64,000 nucleotides of DNA, taken from NCBI GenBank assembly GCA_051530055.1, contig CM121341.1:3338151-3402150 (forward strand). Reading direction: 5' to 3'. The position numbers and the translations under genes are program-made. Under the pieces are notes generated by a model. That model was not told where the DNA came from. It worked only from the letters and a program-made list of their open reading frames with translations, and made no database searches. The stretch is from Neoechinorhynchus agilis (taxonomy: Eukaryota; Animalia; Acanthocephala). Shown one piece after another: positions 13,201 to 25,295 of the stretch; within the stretch, counting starts at the first letter, position 1, and every line of letters begins with the position of its first letter.

Positions 13201-13642
13201 GTTCATCGCTCAATATCTCCTTGCTCTCGTCTTTGCATTTGAATACTCGCCTTCAAATCAGAGATCATCCCTCATTAATCACGTTTCAATGCTTTGCAAT
13301 CTTCTTAAGGCAGCTAATCTCATTCCAGAACCGATCGAAAATATCGGTCTTCTTGTTCAACACCTCAACAATGCTGAACTCCATGCTCTTCTGGCTTGGA
13401 TTTGGAACCTTCAAGTCATTCAAGCGAATCCGGACTCACCGGACCTAATCACTCTACAACAAGATGCAGAAACTTATGTTTGCAAACGACTACAAGTCCC
13501 TGAATTCGTAAAGGAGTACGGACCGGAATGCCGAAATGTCTTAATGGCCATTCTAAGCACTCTTTGGCGTTTTGGCGTGAAATACAGACGTCAAATTGAC
13601 AAGGAAAGCTATTCAAAGCTCTTTGGGTGGATTTGCGTCTGA
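10257..13642 (+). CDS. INTS5: Integrator complex subunit 5-like; 5' exon(s) unresolved
   Basis: C-terminal LIPEPIENIGLLVQHLNNAELHALLAWIWN resembles INTS5 ([29 protein letters not shown]). GT-AG phase-1 intron 11540-12107 joins ORFs 10756-11547 and 12224-13642. Junction near 10720-10760 is ambiguous. Confidence 0.7.
11589..11960. repeat. Two tandem copies of a unit of about 187 bp inside the INTS5 intron
   Basis: gcacctcaaatttaatgcgtcaaaa...ttttgaccctaaaaaa repeated at about 11590 and 11778. Confidence 0.85.
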
Positions 13643-13729
13643 GAACGCCACGAACAACAAACAAGAATGCAGGTTGTGTATAAACTTCTTCTTTTTGACA
13701 TTTAATATGACCTCACTCTCAGAAACCGA

Positions 13730-16074
13730 TCACTTTAATTTGAATAATTTCTCTTGTTCTTCATAATTTTTTAGATCAGGTAGTTCACTTAATTGACGCT
13801 GAATGAACTCAATGGCTTTTGTACTGATGTCATTTTGATTAAACTCAATATCGGCAATTTCAGGATGGACCGCTGGAGGGCGCTCCAATCCTTTGGCATA
13901 CTGCTTCAAGAATTCCCCAAAGGTCTCAAAATCCGGATACATTTTCGCTAGCAACTTTTGAGCGCTCTGACTCTCTGCTTCAGCTTTATCTGCACCTTTT
14001 GCACTTTCCGCAAATTTGTCATATTTTTTAAGAGCTATAGAAATCGCCTGAGATCTTTTAAATGATTTCTATAGATCTTTAAATGACATGTAACACCACT
14101 ATAATGATTCTCGCAACAGGACTCTACGATTTTTCCGCTAAAATAATCTTGATCTACTTCTTTTTTCAGAATCGCAAATGGAGTCGGGCACTTCATTTCT
14201 AAACAGAGTGCATGGATGTTCGGATCCGTTATACGAAGTGGACCAATGCGCTTTAATGAGGGCTGTAGCCAATCACATTTCTCTTCGTTGCTCACAAACG
14301 CCGCTAATTCGCTGATTTCGTCTTCATTTTCAAGAAACTTGATTCCAAGTTCGTTCAGAGCACTTTTGGCACATTCTATCCTGGCTGATTTTTTACTTTG
14401 TCCGTGACCGTAACCTAATCGTTTTTCTCCAATTTTCGCTTGGTATGCGAATAGTCGTATACTGTCGACTTACTTAAATTAAGATTGACTAAAATCTGTC
14501 TTTAGGAGATATTATTTTTACTTAAGAAAAGGACTTTCGAAACAAGTAATGAGGCGCTTGGGAGGAGCATCTTTTTAACTACTAAATAGGAAACTACGAA
14601 GAAATCGAACGGTCTTATTCAAAACGATTTGTCTGGTTCGATAAAATTAGAGATGACTTGTAATCATATCGTCACATCTCCAACTTTATCATTCCGCAAA
14701 ATTGTCTCCTGATGATTTTGATCGAAAAAAAAGGAATGAAGGTGCCCGCAACGATTAAAATGGTTTTAACCTTTAAAGTAAATCGATCATTGGGGCATTC
14801 TGGAGGATCTGCGGGTTCGTACATTAGCTTCATTTTCAATTTCTGTGAGCAATATTCATAAAGACACACCAAAGGAGGTTTCAATTTCGGTTGTTTCCGG
14901 ATAATCGCAGTCTTCAATGAAGCCGTTTCGGAATTGTTCATCTTTAATTTCTTAGTGAATATAATATGACTCCCATCAGCCGGAACTTCATCACTATCGC
15001 TAGTCTTTTCATGATCCGCTTTCCGTCTATCATCCAAATGTTTCCTCTTATCCGCCAAACGAGCAAAGTATGGGATTTCAAGACGTTCGAACTCAAATCG
15101 TTTCATGCAATACTCACGAAGTTGATCGCTAGTTAAATGGTCTATGACTTCTTCACTTTTGGCATCCGTTCGTTCTCGTTTGATAATTTCATTGTAGAAC
15201 AGTGGTTCTTAACCGAATTTGGGTCGAGGGTTTTGCAACAAAACTAAGTCTAATGGATGATAGCGATTTAAAAAGAATTTCTTATTGAAATGTGAAACTG
15301 TAGACTCATTCAAATGAAATTCGAATAAATAGAATCCACAGTTTCTCAAAGAAAACATTGCAGTTTTTTCCTTTCAATTTCAATTCTTAAAAACTTACAA
15401 GCAATCTGACTGAAGAAGGCCAACGAAAAGGCCGAAAAATTTCAATATAAATCTATTTCTGAGTGAATATCGCTAATTGAAATTGAAACAATAATGATTA
15501 ATTTCTTTACAAGTTATTTCCTTGTATGAAATGGGGTTTTCATCGCTTTTGAATACAAAAATGCTTCATAAATAACCACAGCGACGAATTTGGAAGTCGA
15601 ATAAGGACTTTCTTAACACAAATGTTAAACATGGCTCTCCAACGATCCAGAATTATGGGCGGCTTTGTCGAGATTGATGCTGCTGCGAGTTTAATTAAAT
15701 TAAAAAAAATAATATTGTATGTAATATATATTAAAAAAATTAAACAAGCAACAAATTTGTTTTAAATCATAAAAAATCGGGGTAGTCAAACTTATTTTCA
15801 GATTTGGTTGAGAAACACTGTTGTAGAAGATACATGGAATCGCCGCGACGGGTACTTTGTGTGATCGAGCAGTTACATCGCCTAGGAAGTAAGGACGTGA
15901 GAAAGTGACTACTTGAGTTGCTTTGTGCAGAAACATTGGAATCCCGGAATCGTGAGTCACTTTTATCCATCCTTCCGGGAGGTTTTCGAGTGCCCATAGT
16001 GGTAAATCTTTTATTGTCCATTGTTCTCGGACACGAAGGGGCGCCAATGGAGTTTTGGAGCTTTCGTCGCTCAT
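13730..16074 (-). CDS. DGCR8: Microprocessor subunit DGCR8/Pasha (WW/Rhed domain plus two dsRBDs), multi-exon
   Basis: LPEGWIKVTHDSGIPMFLHKATQVVTFSRPYFLG...IPC matches the DGCR8 WW region; dsRBD1 PPLVCLYEYC...GYGHGQSKKSARIECAKSAL; dsRBD2 ITDPNIHALC..TPFAIL; internal exon structure at 14460-14760 only partly resolved. Confidence 0.92.
15200..15820. mobile_element. hAT-superfamily non-autonomous DNA transposon (621 bp) inserted in DGCR8 coding sequence
   Basis: TIRs CAGTGGTTCTTAACCGAATTTG / CAGTGTTTCTCAACCAAATCTG (18/22); perfect 8-bp TSD TTGTAGAA at 15192-15199 and 15821-15828. Confidence 0.93.
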
Positions 16075-16206
16075 TTGCTCGGATCTTCAAATGATGAAAA
16101 GAAATCAGGCGTAAGGATCGTGGATTTTACCGTCCCAAAATGAAATCCGAAAAACATTGACTCGAATACAACGATTCATGAATTATGCGTCTATTACTAA
16201 TAAACA

Positions 16207-16312
16207 ATCGCTGAAGAAGATCCGAGATAGTGGATCGAAATATCAAATCAATAAATTCTTAATTTCATTTATCTATCCTATCGACAAATAACAATGAATT
16301 ATCTTTTCAACA
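16207..16312. repeat. Solo arm of the foldback family at 40902-41180
   Basis: cgctgaagaagatccgagatagtggatcgaaatatc...atgaattatcttttcaaca matches about 41115-41212. Confidence 0.8.
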
Positions 16313-16715
16313 GTACATTTTTCGTGTCTAGAATAACCAATGAGATCATCTTTGGGTTTTAATTGCAGATTTAAGATGACACCGCAGTTTTTGTTGAAAA
16401 ATAGAGACCGCCGGGAAATGCGTGTAACTTATGAACAATAGGGAAATATTGCAATAATAAATACGCCTTTTCGCTATAAATAATTGGGCATAGAGCAAAT
16501 ACTGGATTTTCTTTTACGTTTGGGAAATGCAGGGATAATTCCATTAGCAGGCAAATGAAAATGGCTTGCGAATCCGTGAAAATGTTCAATTAGTCAAACA
16601 AAGTGCATAAATTTTTCTATTATTTTAACAAATATGGTGTATTTTGTAGAAAAGAAATTAAAAGAAAGCTATCAACATAAAATCAATGGTGAAACAAATC
16701 AATCGTTCCTTGAAT

Positions 16716-18080
16716 TTAAAATCGATAGCATCTACATTTTGTTCCATCATACAGAATTATTTTTGTTTCGGGTACGAATTGATCCATTAATAGTTTGAAA
16801 CACTCATGGGCACTTGCAGCTCCGATCCAAGTGGCGACACAAGCCAGCGCTCCATTTGTGGATTTTTGATTTTTGATTAAACGTATTATATACTCTTTAT
16901 CTTCGCCGGAAACTCCACAGTTTAGCAAGCGGTCCATTAACGTCCCCATAAAGTAGTCTTCATCGGGCAGTTGGTTATAAGATGTCACAATCTCGATTTT
17001 ATTAGCATTTTGACAAGCCCTCTTGATCGCGTCTTCGTCAATAATCGATACTTTTGTCTCCGAAGTCACCTACTCACAAAATTATCGAAGACCTTTAAGT
17101 TCAGGATAAGTGATAATTTCTCGCAGGTCGCATATTTCTTGTTCAATGTAAACTCGTTTAAGAGCATTGTACCATGACGTAGATGAAATCATATCGGGAA
17201 ATGTTTGATTACTTGTTGATATCGGTAATCTGTGATGATTAGAGTAAAACCTTTTTAACGCCACGAGTATGCACGATTCGCTGCCCGTTGAGTTCTCCAC
17301 AAGTTTATCGTCTTCTTTGAGTTTATGTATATTCTTAAGAGCTTCGTAAAGATTCTGAGCACTTGGCTGAGCCTTGTAGAGTTTCTTCAACTCTTGACGG
17401 ACTACATCAATAGATCCAGAATGTATTCTTGAATAATAAGCCAACAATAGAGGCCAAGGAATGTTGAATGTTAAATCCGAATCGATTTCTAAAGCATCAC
17501 GAAGGTGATCAACGAGATCATCGAGCAATTTGAATGAGTATTTCAAAGCAAAACTGAATGCTAAATTGTCATGTGTCTCGAAAATTATCCTCGGCTTAAA
17601 ATGAGTCAATAAAATACCAACGCTTCCACTACAGAAGTTAACTACAACGGACACATGATCTTCAATATCTTTAAGTAAGTTATTTACTTTATCCACAATA
17701 TTCAATCGGAAAAGGATTCCATAGTCGATTATAAATACATTTATCCCGTTGATGATTGGAGAAATGTTTTCAAAATCAGAAACGACATTTGCTTCAACAG
17801 ACTCATTCAATTTAGCGATAGAATCAATAACGGACATTGATCGTGTTGACTGATTCCCAGTAGAATCAAGGAAATAATTAACCATTATTTCGTCCTCGTA
17901 ATTGGGATATTCTGGATCATATAAATAGAAACTTTTAATCCCCGTTAGAACAAGACATTTCAAAGCTTCACAATTCGTAGGACCGGCACCAATCACACAA
18001 ATCGATGAGGATTGCAAACATCGCTGACCGTGAGAACCCCATATTCGCAATTGGCGATCATATCTCTCGGGTTGAGCCAT
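16716..18080 (-). CDS. NAE1: NEDD8-activating enzyme E1 regulatory subunit (APP-BP1/Ula1); one 42-nt GT-AG intron at 17051-17092
   Basis: RYDRQLRIWGSHGQRCL..S.ICVIGAGPTNCEALKCLVLTGI; PWPLLL; FPDMISSTSWYNALKRVY; C-terminal ACVATWIGAASAHECFKLLMDQFVP. Confidence 0.9.
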
Positions 18081-18368
18081 CTAAAGAATAAAAACAACCA
18101 CTTCGGCTTCTTCGCCTTATGTTCTTTCTATAAGATGACGTTATGAAATGATCGGATTTGACGATCATAAAAACGTTCAAAAGGTCCGTCCTTATGTTGC
18201 TGAACCCTCGATTACATTGAAACAAAATAGTTGATCGACTTCAATGTAATTTCATTCTTATTATTCCGTAAACCGACGTAAAAAAAGTTGCTTTTATGGA
18301 TATTTTTTGATTTCGGCACTAGCCCTCCTCGTGAAGGACTTGGGGAAACGAATTTACGCAGCGACTGG

Positions 18369-18493
18369 AGAGCCAAGATCGACGTCGTTCTTGGCGCAAA
18401 AAATAAGCATTGCGGCGCAGCGAAGCAATGCGGCCAGCATTTTGGCCAGCGCCGATGAATAGGAGCGTTGATGAAACTATAAATTATGTATGC
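18369..18493. repeat. 125-bp GC-rich dispersed repeat; second copy inverted at 20723-20847
   Basis: Reverse-complement match between the two intervals; internal hairpin gcattgc...gcaatgc. Confidence 0.85.
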
Positions 18494-18535
18494 TCTTGTT
18501 AAAAAAAAGAAGTTTGATAAAATAGAAATTAATTT

Positions 18536-19100
18536 AATCACATCGAGAGAAAATCCATATCGGGATGGTAAATGTTGACTTGTGGTGAAGATAAATCATT
18601 TTATTGTTCTGAAATATTTCGGAAGAGGAAACCTCGCCTTCCCAATCATCTAAATACGTTTTCGGTTATGGTTCTTTTCTATATTTCGTCTAAAAGGCTC
18701 GGATTGACAGATTCGCTACTTCCAACAAGGTTCGGGGACCGTGTTCTCCTGCTCGGAAACCCTGCACTGTATTGTGTGTATTCTTTTGATTTTAACTACG
18801 TCACTGGCAGGATGGCATCAATGCGAATTTTAGCGTAAAACTACCTGCCAGTGACGTAGTTAAAATCAAAAGAATACACACAATACAATGCAGGGTTTCC
18901 GAGCAGGAGAACACGGTCCCCGAACCTTGTTGGAAGTAGCGAATCTGTCAATCCGAGCCTTTTAGACAAAACATTGAAAAGAACCATAACCGAAAACGTA
19001 TTTAGATGATTGGGAAGGCGAGGTTTCCTCTTCCGAAATATTTCAGAACAATAAAATGATTTATAACCAGGTGATTTATCTTCACCACAATTCAAAACAT
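18536..19100. mobile_element. Long foldback element of the Helentron-like family; arms of about 240 bp, 32-nt loop
   Basis: 18571-18811 is nearly the exact reverse complement of 18844-19100; the one-sided cap taatcacatcgagagaaaatccatatcgggatggta is also at 54450-54485. Confidence 0.85.
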
Positions 19101-19415
19101 TCAATGATTAGATCCCTTTCGCAAAATATTTTCTCCGCTTCAAAAGGAATCAATAAATTAATCTCTTTTAAGAAAGTTGTTCATTTATGTATTTTTAGTG
19201 TCGTCGGACCTCTTCAAGTTGTTTATTGTTAAAAGACGCGCAAACAACCTGAAGTACGACGAGACGGGCGAAATATTTTTGAAAATCAATATCTATTTTT
19301 CTCTCATCACCAAAGAACACACAAATTAATCACTATATCACCAAACAAAAAATATAAAGATGAACAACTTCGTACTTCCTTTTGGTAGTAAATTGACTAA
19401 TTTAATTGTTGAAGT

Positions 19416-19784
19416 TTCGAGTTTGGCGATGTTTCCCCCGGATTGTTGTTGGTGTTGATCATTTACTTTAAAATATTTCGTAGGCTTTTTGCTTACTTCT
19501 TCAGTTAGATCTACAAATTAAGCTAAAGTGAAAATTGGACTATAGGCATGGATCCGCGTATTCGCCAAGCGCCGTGTACTCTACCTGCCAGCTGCGGTAG
19601 CCTAATGTTTTGTTTTCGCCTTACACGGCGCTTGGCGAATACGCGGATCCACGCCTATAGTCCAATTTTCAGTTTAGCTTAATTTGTAGATCTAACTGAA
19701 GAAGTAAGCAAAAAGCCTACGAAATATTTTGAATAAATGACCAACAGCAACAACAATCTGGGGGGAAAAGTCGCCAAACTCGAA
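19416..19784. mobile_element. Foldback/MITE-like element; arms of about 163 bp, 43-nt loop
   Basis: 19416-19578 is the reverse complement of 19622-19784 with few mismatches. Confidence 0.85.
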
Positions 19785-20267
19785 TCAAATTCACTCCGAC
19801 GACAATTCTCGATGATATTTGTTGAAGTGTTATTTAGATGTCTTCACCATTTTAAAAACTTTCTTGATGCGCCGCTTTAAAACCTCGTCAGGTTCATCAT
19901 CAGCTTTTTTGTGATTTAAAAAAAGACATAAGCTGATTATGAACCCGAAAAGGTTGAAAGTCTTTAAAATGCAAGAAAACTTCTAAATTACACACTTCTA
20001 ATCATTTATGCACTCCACATATCGACATTTTAATTTATTGATTACTGAAAGGAAGTATCTTTTCTCTCCTGAAGACAATAATCCAAGATATCGTTAAGCT
20101 TTGTTTTGAATCTAAAATTTAGTTCTCGATTCGAACTTGGAAAAGTCGAGGAGGGCTGTTTCATTGACAACATTCAAAGGCTGCAAAGTCGAATGTAGTA
20201 TCACAGTTGGGTCTCCGCCTTCTATTATTGCTTTTAAAACTGCTACAAACTCCATCGTTCCTTAGCA

Positions 20268-22226
20268 ATGACACTTCTGCACCTTTTCGCTTGTTTCGTT
20301 GCTTCTCGGTGCTCGTTCATTGATCCAAAAGTAAGATCTTTGTTGGTTGTACCCGAAAATAAGGATCCAGAATATGGCTCAATGCTTACATTCACTTGTA
20401 TACTTGATATTTATGAAAATAAGCAAATTAAAGACTTCATTCTATGGAGCTTTACTCCCGAAAATGGATCTCAGTCAAATCCTCTTTGCAGTGGCACGAG
20501 AATCCTCAATTCCATGCAAGGAAGATTAATTGCTCGGCAAATCAGCGAAGAGGTGTTCGAGTTGACCATAAAGCCAATATAGGAAATGCTGATCTGAATA
20601 CAGAATTTCCGAGATTTTGATGCTTATTTTAGTTGAAATTTTATGACAATGTTTAAAACAACAATTTTTTTACGGAAGCTTACTTTTTAATTTTTTTAGA
20701 CAAATTTTGCATTTTTTTTCAAGCATACATAATTTATAGTTTCTTCGACGCCCCTATTCATCGGCGCTGGCCAAAATGCTAGCCGCATTGCCCCGCTGCA
20801 CCGCAATGCTTATTTTTTGCGCCAAGAACGACGTCGATCTTGGCTCTGATAAACTGAGAACATCAAATTAAAATATTAAACAATATGGAAAAAAAATTGA
20901 TCAACCATTTAGAAATGTGACATATTTTTCGCATGGATTCAACGACTTTGAGGTGATTTAATATCCCTTTTTTACATGCTTTCAATTTCTTAAAGCTCAA
21001 TTTTTAATCGGCGTACATTTTAATTCAAAAGACGAACAGAGAACATCAATTTAAAATATTAAACAATATGGAAAAAAATTGATCAACCATTTAGAAATGT
21101 GACATTTTTTTCGCATGGATAAAACGACTTTGAGGTGATTTAATATTCCTTTTTTTACACGAATTCAATTTTTTAAAGCTCAATTTTAAATCGGCGTACA
21201 TTTTAATTCAAAAGACGAACTGAGAGCATCAATTTAAAATATTAAACAATTTGGAAAAAAATTGATCGACCATTTAGAAAGGTGACATATTTTTCGCATG
21301 GATAAAACGACTTTGAGGTGATTTAATATTCCTTTTTATACACGCCTTCAATTTTTTAAAGCTCAATAACTGAGAACATCTATTTAAAATATTAAACAGT
21401 TTTGAAAGAAATTGATCGACAATTTAGAAATGCGACGTCTATTTCGTATGAGATGAGTTATCATCTTTTTGTTTTTATATGAATTCAAAAAATTTAGAGT
21501 TCGCAACGGTTAGCCGGCGTATATTTTAATTGAAAAGATAAAAATAAACCCTCAAATTGAACTACGGTTATTTCAACATTCTCATCCTTTTTTTAAGTTT
21601 GTGATCTCGATATTGAATGTGCCATTATGCCTATAAGTAGCGTTTGAAAACAAAAATGAATTTCCCTCATCAGATCGAACATTGGATACTATTTTGATTC
21701 GGGAACCTACACTTGTTCCCTATTGAAGGGTGCCAGTGGTCTTACATCTCCATCGTCGAAATCAGTTCAAATACGTGTGAAAAGGTCTATTGCTGTGAAT
21801 CGAAGTACAAAAGATGCGCCAAAGCAAAGGGAACGTATTCGTTCAACAGTTTTTTGTCCTCGAAAAAATCAAACTGTTAAAATAGGATCAAATGCCGTCA
21901 TTTTCTGCATCGTTGCTGTTTCATGCATAGAAGACTTTGAATGGATAATCGAACCAAGCATTGGACATCGTATATCCGTCACTAGAGATGACCGCCGGAT
22001 AATGTTAGTAGATGCGTCTTTTATGAACAATCAACGCCGAAGTTACTCTCTCAAAATCCATAGTGCTAATAAGTCCGATGAGGGTAGATATACTCTTGTG
22101 GCTTACTCAAGGAATTCTCTTGAATCGGATTTCGTTGATCTATTTATTGTGGAAAATACAGCTGGATTTGTTTTGAGATTTTATACTATTTTTATTTTAT
22201 TTACAATAAATGCAGTTTTAGTTTAG
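20268..22226 (+). CDS. Cell-surface protein with signal peptide, two Ig domains and a hydrophobic C-terminus (TM or GPI signal); interrupted by a 1.1-kb insert
   Basis: Ig motifs LTFTC..W..; FELTIKPI + YYFDSGTYTC; second domain AVIFC..FEW..YSLKIHSANKSDEGRYTL; C-terminal FVLRFYTIFILFTINAVLV. Confidence 0.75.
20850..21470. repeat. Tandem repeat of about 182 bp, about 3.5 copies, inside the Ig-gene insert
   Basis: gagaacatcaa(t)ttaaaatattaaacaat...gaccatttagaaa recurs at about 20855, 21039, 21221 and 21372. Confidence 0.85.
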
Positions 22227-22369
22227 TTGGGAAACGATAAACCACGATTGGGTTTAGAATGTTTGTTAGGATCATCAAAAAAAGAAGCTAAACTGATGTG
22301 TTGCAGTTAAATTCTACAAATAAAAAAGATAATGGTCAATTGAGGATTGTATTCGTGTGGTGGTTAGAG

Positions 22370-23150
22370 ATATATTGTTGTTTAGAAGGTCGCTTGTCGA
22401 CAAACCAATTGAAAAAATGACTCTGCATCAATGAATCGAAATGTACATTCGTCTCTTTAACCCGACCTCTCTCTCGGGTGTATAGTTGACAAACGACCTT
22501 CTAAAAACAATTTAATTGTCAAAGGCGATCATTAAAGTTCGATTAGACCTTCTTAAAGAATCATCCTCAAAAGTCCGCGTTTTAAAAGAATCAATGAAAA
22601 ACGTTTTTGCATATTAGAGAGGAAAATTATTTATAGTTGTTTGGGAATCGATAAAATGACTCCTCTCGGTGTATAGTTGACAAACGACCTTCTAAACAAC
22701 AATTTAATTGTCAAAGGTGATCAATAAAAATCGATTAGATCTTATTTTCTCAGAGAATCATCCTCAAAAGTCCGCGTTTTAAAAGAATCAATGAAAAATG
22801 TTTTTGGAACTTAGAGAGAGAAAAATGATTTAATATTTTTATAATTTTCGTCGTTAGACTTCAGAAACTTACACAACAAATTCTGATGTAATCCAGCTAC
22901 GTCGAGGAAAAAAATATTAAATCATTTTTCTTTATTTCGCTCGACTAAAAACGTTTTATGACTAAAATCTTTACAAGCGATAAAACGTTTATGCATTCGC
23001 CAATACGCGTGAAGGTGATCAATAAAAATCAATTAGATCTTCTTTTCTCATGGAATCATCCTCAAAAGTCCGCGTTTTAAAAGAATCCATAAAAAACGTT
23101 TTTGCAACCTCTCGAGTGTATAATTGACAAACGACCTCTTAAACAACTAT
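22370..23150. repeat. Composite of a MITE-like inverted repeat and rearranged direct repeats
   Basis: ttgttgtttagaaggtcgcttgtcgac / gttgacaaacgaccttctaaaaacaat inverted pair; aatcatcctcaaaagtccgcgttttaaaagaatc occurs 3 times. Confidence 0.7.
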
Positions 23151-23236
23151 TTTTTAAACATCTTATTTTTCCATTAAGTTTTCTATTGTAAAAAGGAAAT
23201 TATCTCTCTTTTTTTCAGAATAACATAACATATTTC

Positions 23237-25260
23237 TAACAATTCAAACAATCTGTTTGAAGCACACTCACCACCTCCCGCCAAATTCCAGCTTTTGTCC
23301 TTTCTCGACCGTCGTCATCACGCTGGCAGCATTGAATCGTTGTACTGCAAGCGAGATATTTTGTCGCAGGAATACAACTGCTCGTGCGTCGCCGGTCGTT
23401 TCTCTCAATTTCTTCGAGAGATCCTGGAGCAGAGTGCCGAGTTGCCAAGCGTTCCATACGTTTCTACTCCGAAGGGGACAAAATAGTGGGAACTTGCTAA
23501 TTCTCTATATTTTCGTACTTTCCTCCCTTCCACTGCACGGACTGCAGCTCCAGCGATTTCGAGAGAATAGGGAATGTTGCTTACTGCGAGGGACGTGGCG
23601 TCCCGGAGAAGGCATTTGCCCTCCCGCCACGGGAAAATCGAAATTCCATCGGGCCTACGGCCGTCTAGTCGACAAAGGTGGGCGCGTTCCAGGATGTTGG
23701 GGAAGTTCGCCGTTCTCAACGCCCGAGAAATTACGTTATTGATTTCAGAATGGCGTGAGAACCTTCCTCCTGACTTTCAACAAACGAGACTGTGTCGCCC
23801 GAAAGCATCAACCAAAGACCCACATCGACAGCGATGGGGCTTGCATATCGGGAGACCAAGTCTTAAGGATACTGCGATCCTCGTTATCTCGTCAGTAAGA
23901 AGAGTTCCCACTGATGTCAGAGGAACAGCCTCCAACCACGCTCCAGATTCTCGTGTCGAAATTGCCAACAATCTAGCTCGGACGTCTCGCGACAAGGGGT
24001 CCGTCCCAGATCGACTGTCTGAGGCCACTCACGGGAACATGGTTAGCGCCTGTCTGCTGCACCATTCTTCAACTGCCACCACGAAATCCCGGTCAAGACA
24101 GAACTTTTCCTTCAAAATTTTCTTCGATACTGGTAGGCTTTCCTCAAACGATCCAAGAAAGGCCGACAAAGCAAGGTCCACTAGTGCCCGAATCCCCAGT
24201 CCCCAGATGACACAGGCAAAGAAGCTTGTCGCCACGCCTCACCTGAGAGCTGGACATTTAAAATACTCTCGAGGCAAGCTCTCACCTTGCCGTCCAGCTT
24301 TGCCAATCCTTCCTTATGTTTGAAGAATGTTGCTGTGCGGATCTTATATAACAATTTCGGGATAAAGAGCACGTTCTTTATGAGAAACAAGCTTCATGAG
24401 CCGAGAGAGCGCACGCCCTATCGCACAGCAACGAAAGTTTCGGTACGATACGGCCGATCTCAGCTTCCACATTTGAATCGAAGACGCAACTGCCCAGGAG
24501 GCTGAGTTGTTCCCGAGTCACGAGTTTCAGGCCTGGAGCTACGGCCTCGAACCCAGCCATTAGTTCTTTGACTTTGGCGGCGTCTCCAATATTCAATACA
24601 AGGAGCTCACATTTTCCAGCATTGAGCTCAATGCCCATCTTCGAGGTCTCCCTAATCAGTGTCTCCAAATCGCGCAGTACAACGGAGGGATCACCTCCGA
24701 GCGTAGCGTCATCCAAGTACCAAGCGTTGAAGCTGGAATGGAGAGAATGCGCTATTGGATTTACTGTTAGGGAGAATGCGATTGGACCGAGGGGATCTCC
24801 TTGCTGCACTCCTATTTCGGACCAAATGAGGTGGTCTTCGAAAAGCAAAGGAGTCGCCGTCCCGTAGGCATTGAGAAAATACTGAAGGCTTCTGGTGCGT
24901 GATCCCTAATTGCGCGGAACATGATTTCTCTATTGAGAGAGTTAAAGGCGTTCTGAAAATCACACTTAAGAATCACGCACGGCTCTGAGCTTCTCGTAGC
25001 AAAGTTTCGGAGCGAGTGGACAATAGCTTCCGCCCCGCAGGATGTGAAGCAGCCCAGTTGGACTGGACGAAGTTGCTGTCCGTTTTTCACCGTAATACGT
25101 TTGCAGAGAATTTTTCCTGCGAGTCGGCGTATCGTCGAAGATACGGCGATGGGACGGATCCCAACTTCTTTTTTGTGAGCGCACACAATGAGGCTCCGAA
25201 AAATAGGTCCTTTGCAACGGGGTTCAGGTCCTCTCCAGTCAGGCGGTCGACTATTCGAGA
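23237..25260 (-). mobile_element. 5'-truncated, frameshifted CRE-clade non-LTR retrotransposon: RT, zinc knuckle and restriction-like endonuclease
   Basis: RPIAVSSTIRRL; QLG..GAEAIVH; KCDFQNAFNS; GVQQGDPLGP; WYLDD; CRCG..DAFGRHSLVC; RPDG..PWREGK; QNISLAVQRFNAAS. Confidence 0.92.
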
Positions 25261-25295
25261 AAGCGCACTAATAAAATCCTGTTTTAAAAAAAGAA

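Noticed and set aside
17051-17093. In-frame TAA and TAG inside NAE1, suggesting stop-codon reassignment or a 24-nt GG-AG intron
   Set aside because: A canonical 42-nt GT-AG intron (17051-17092) removes both stops in frame, and long ORFs elsewhere end at standard stops
18369-20847. Composite (Pack-type) transposon formed by the inverted 125-bp repeats around Ig exon 1
   Set aside because: No TSD at the outer ends, and the right copy lies inside the separate Ig-gene insert; better explained as two independent insertions
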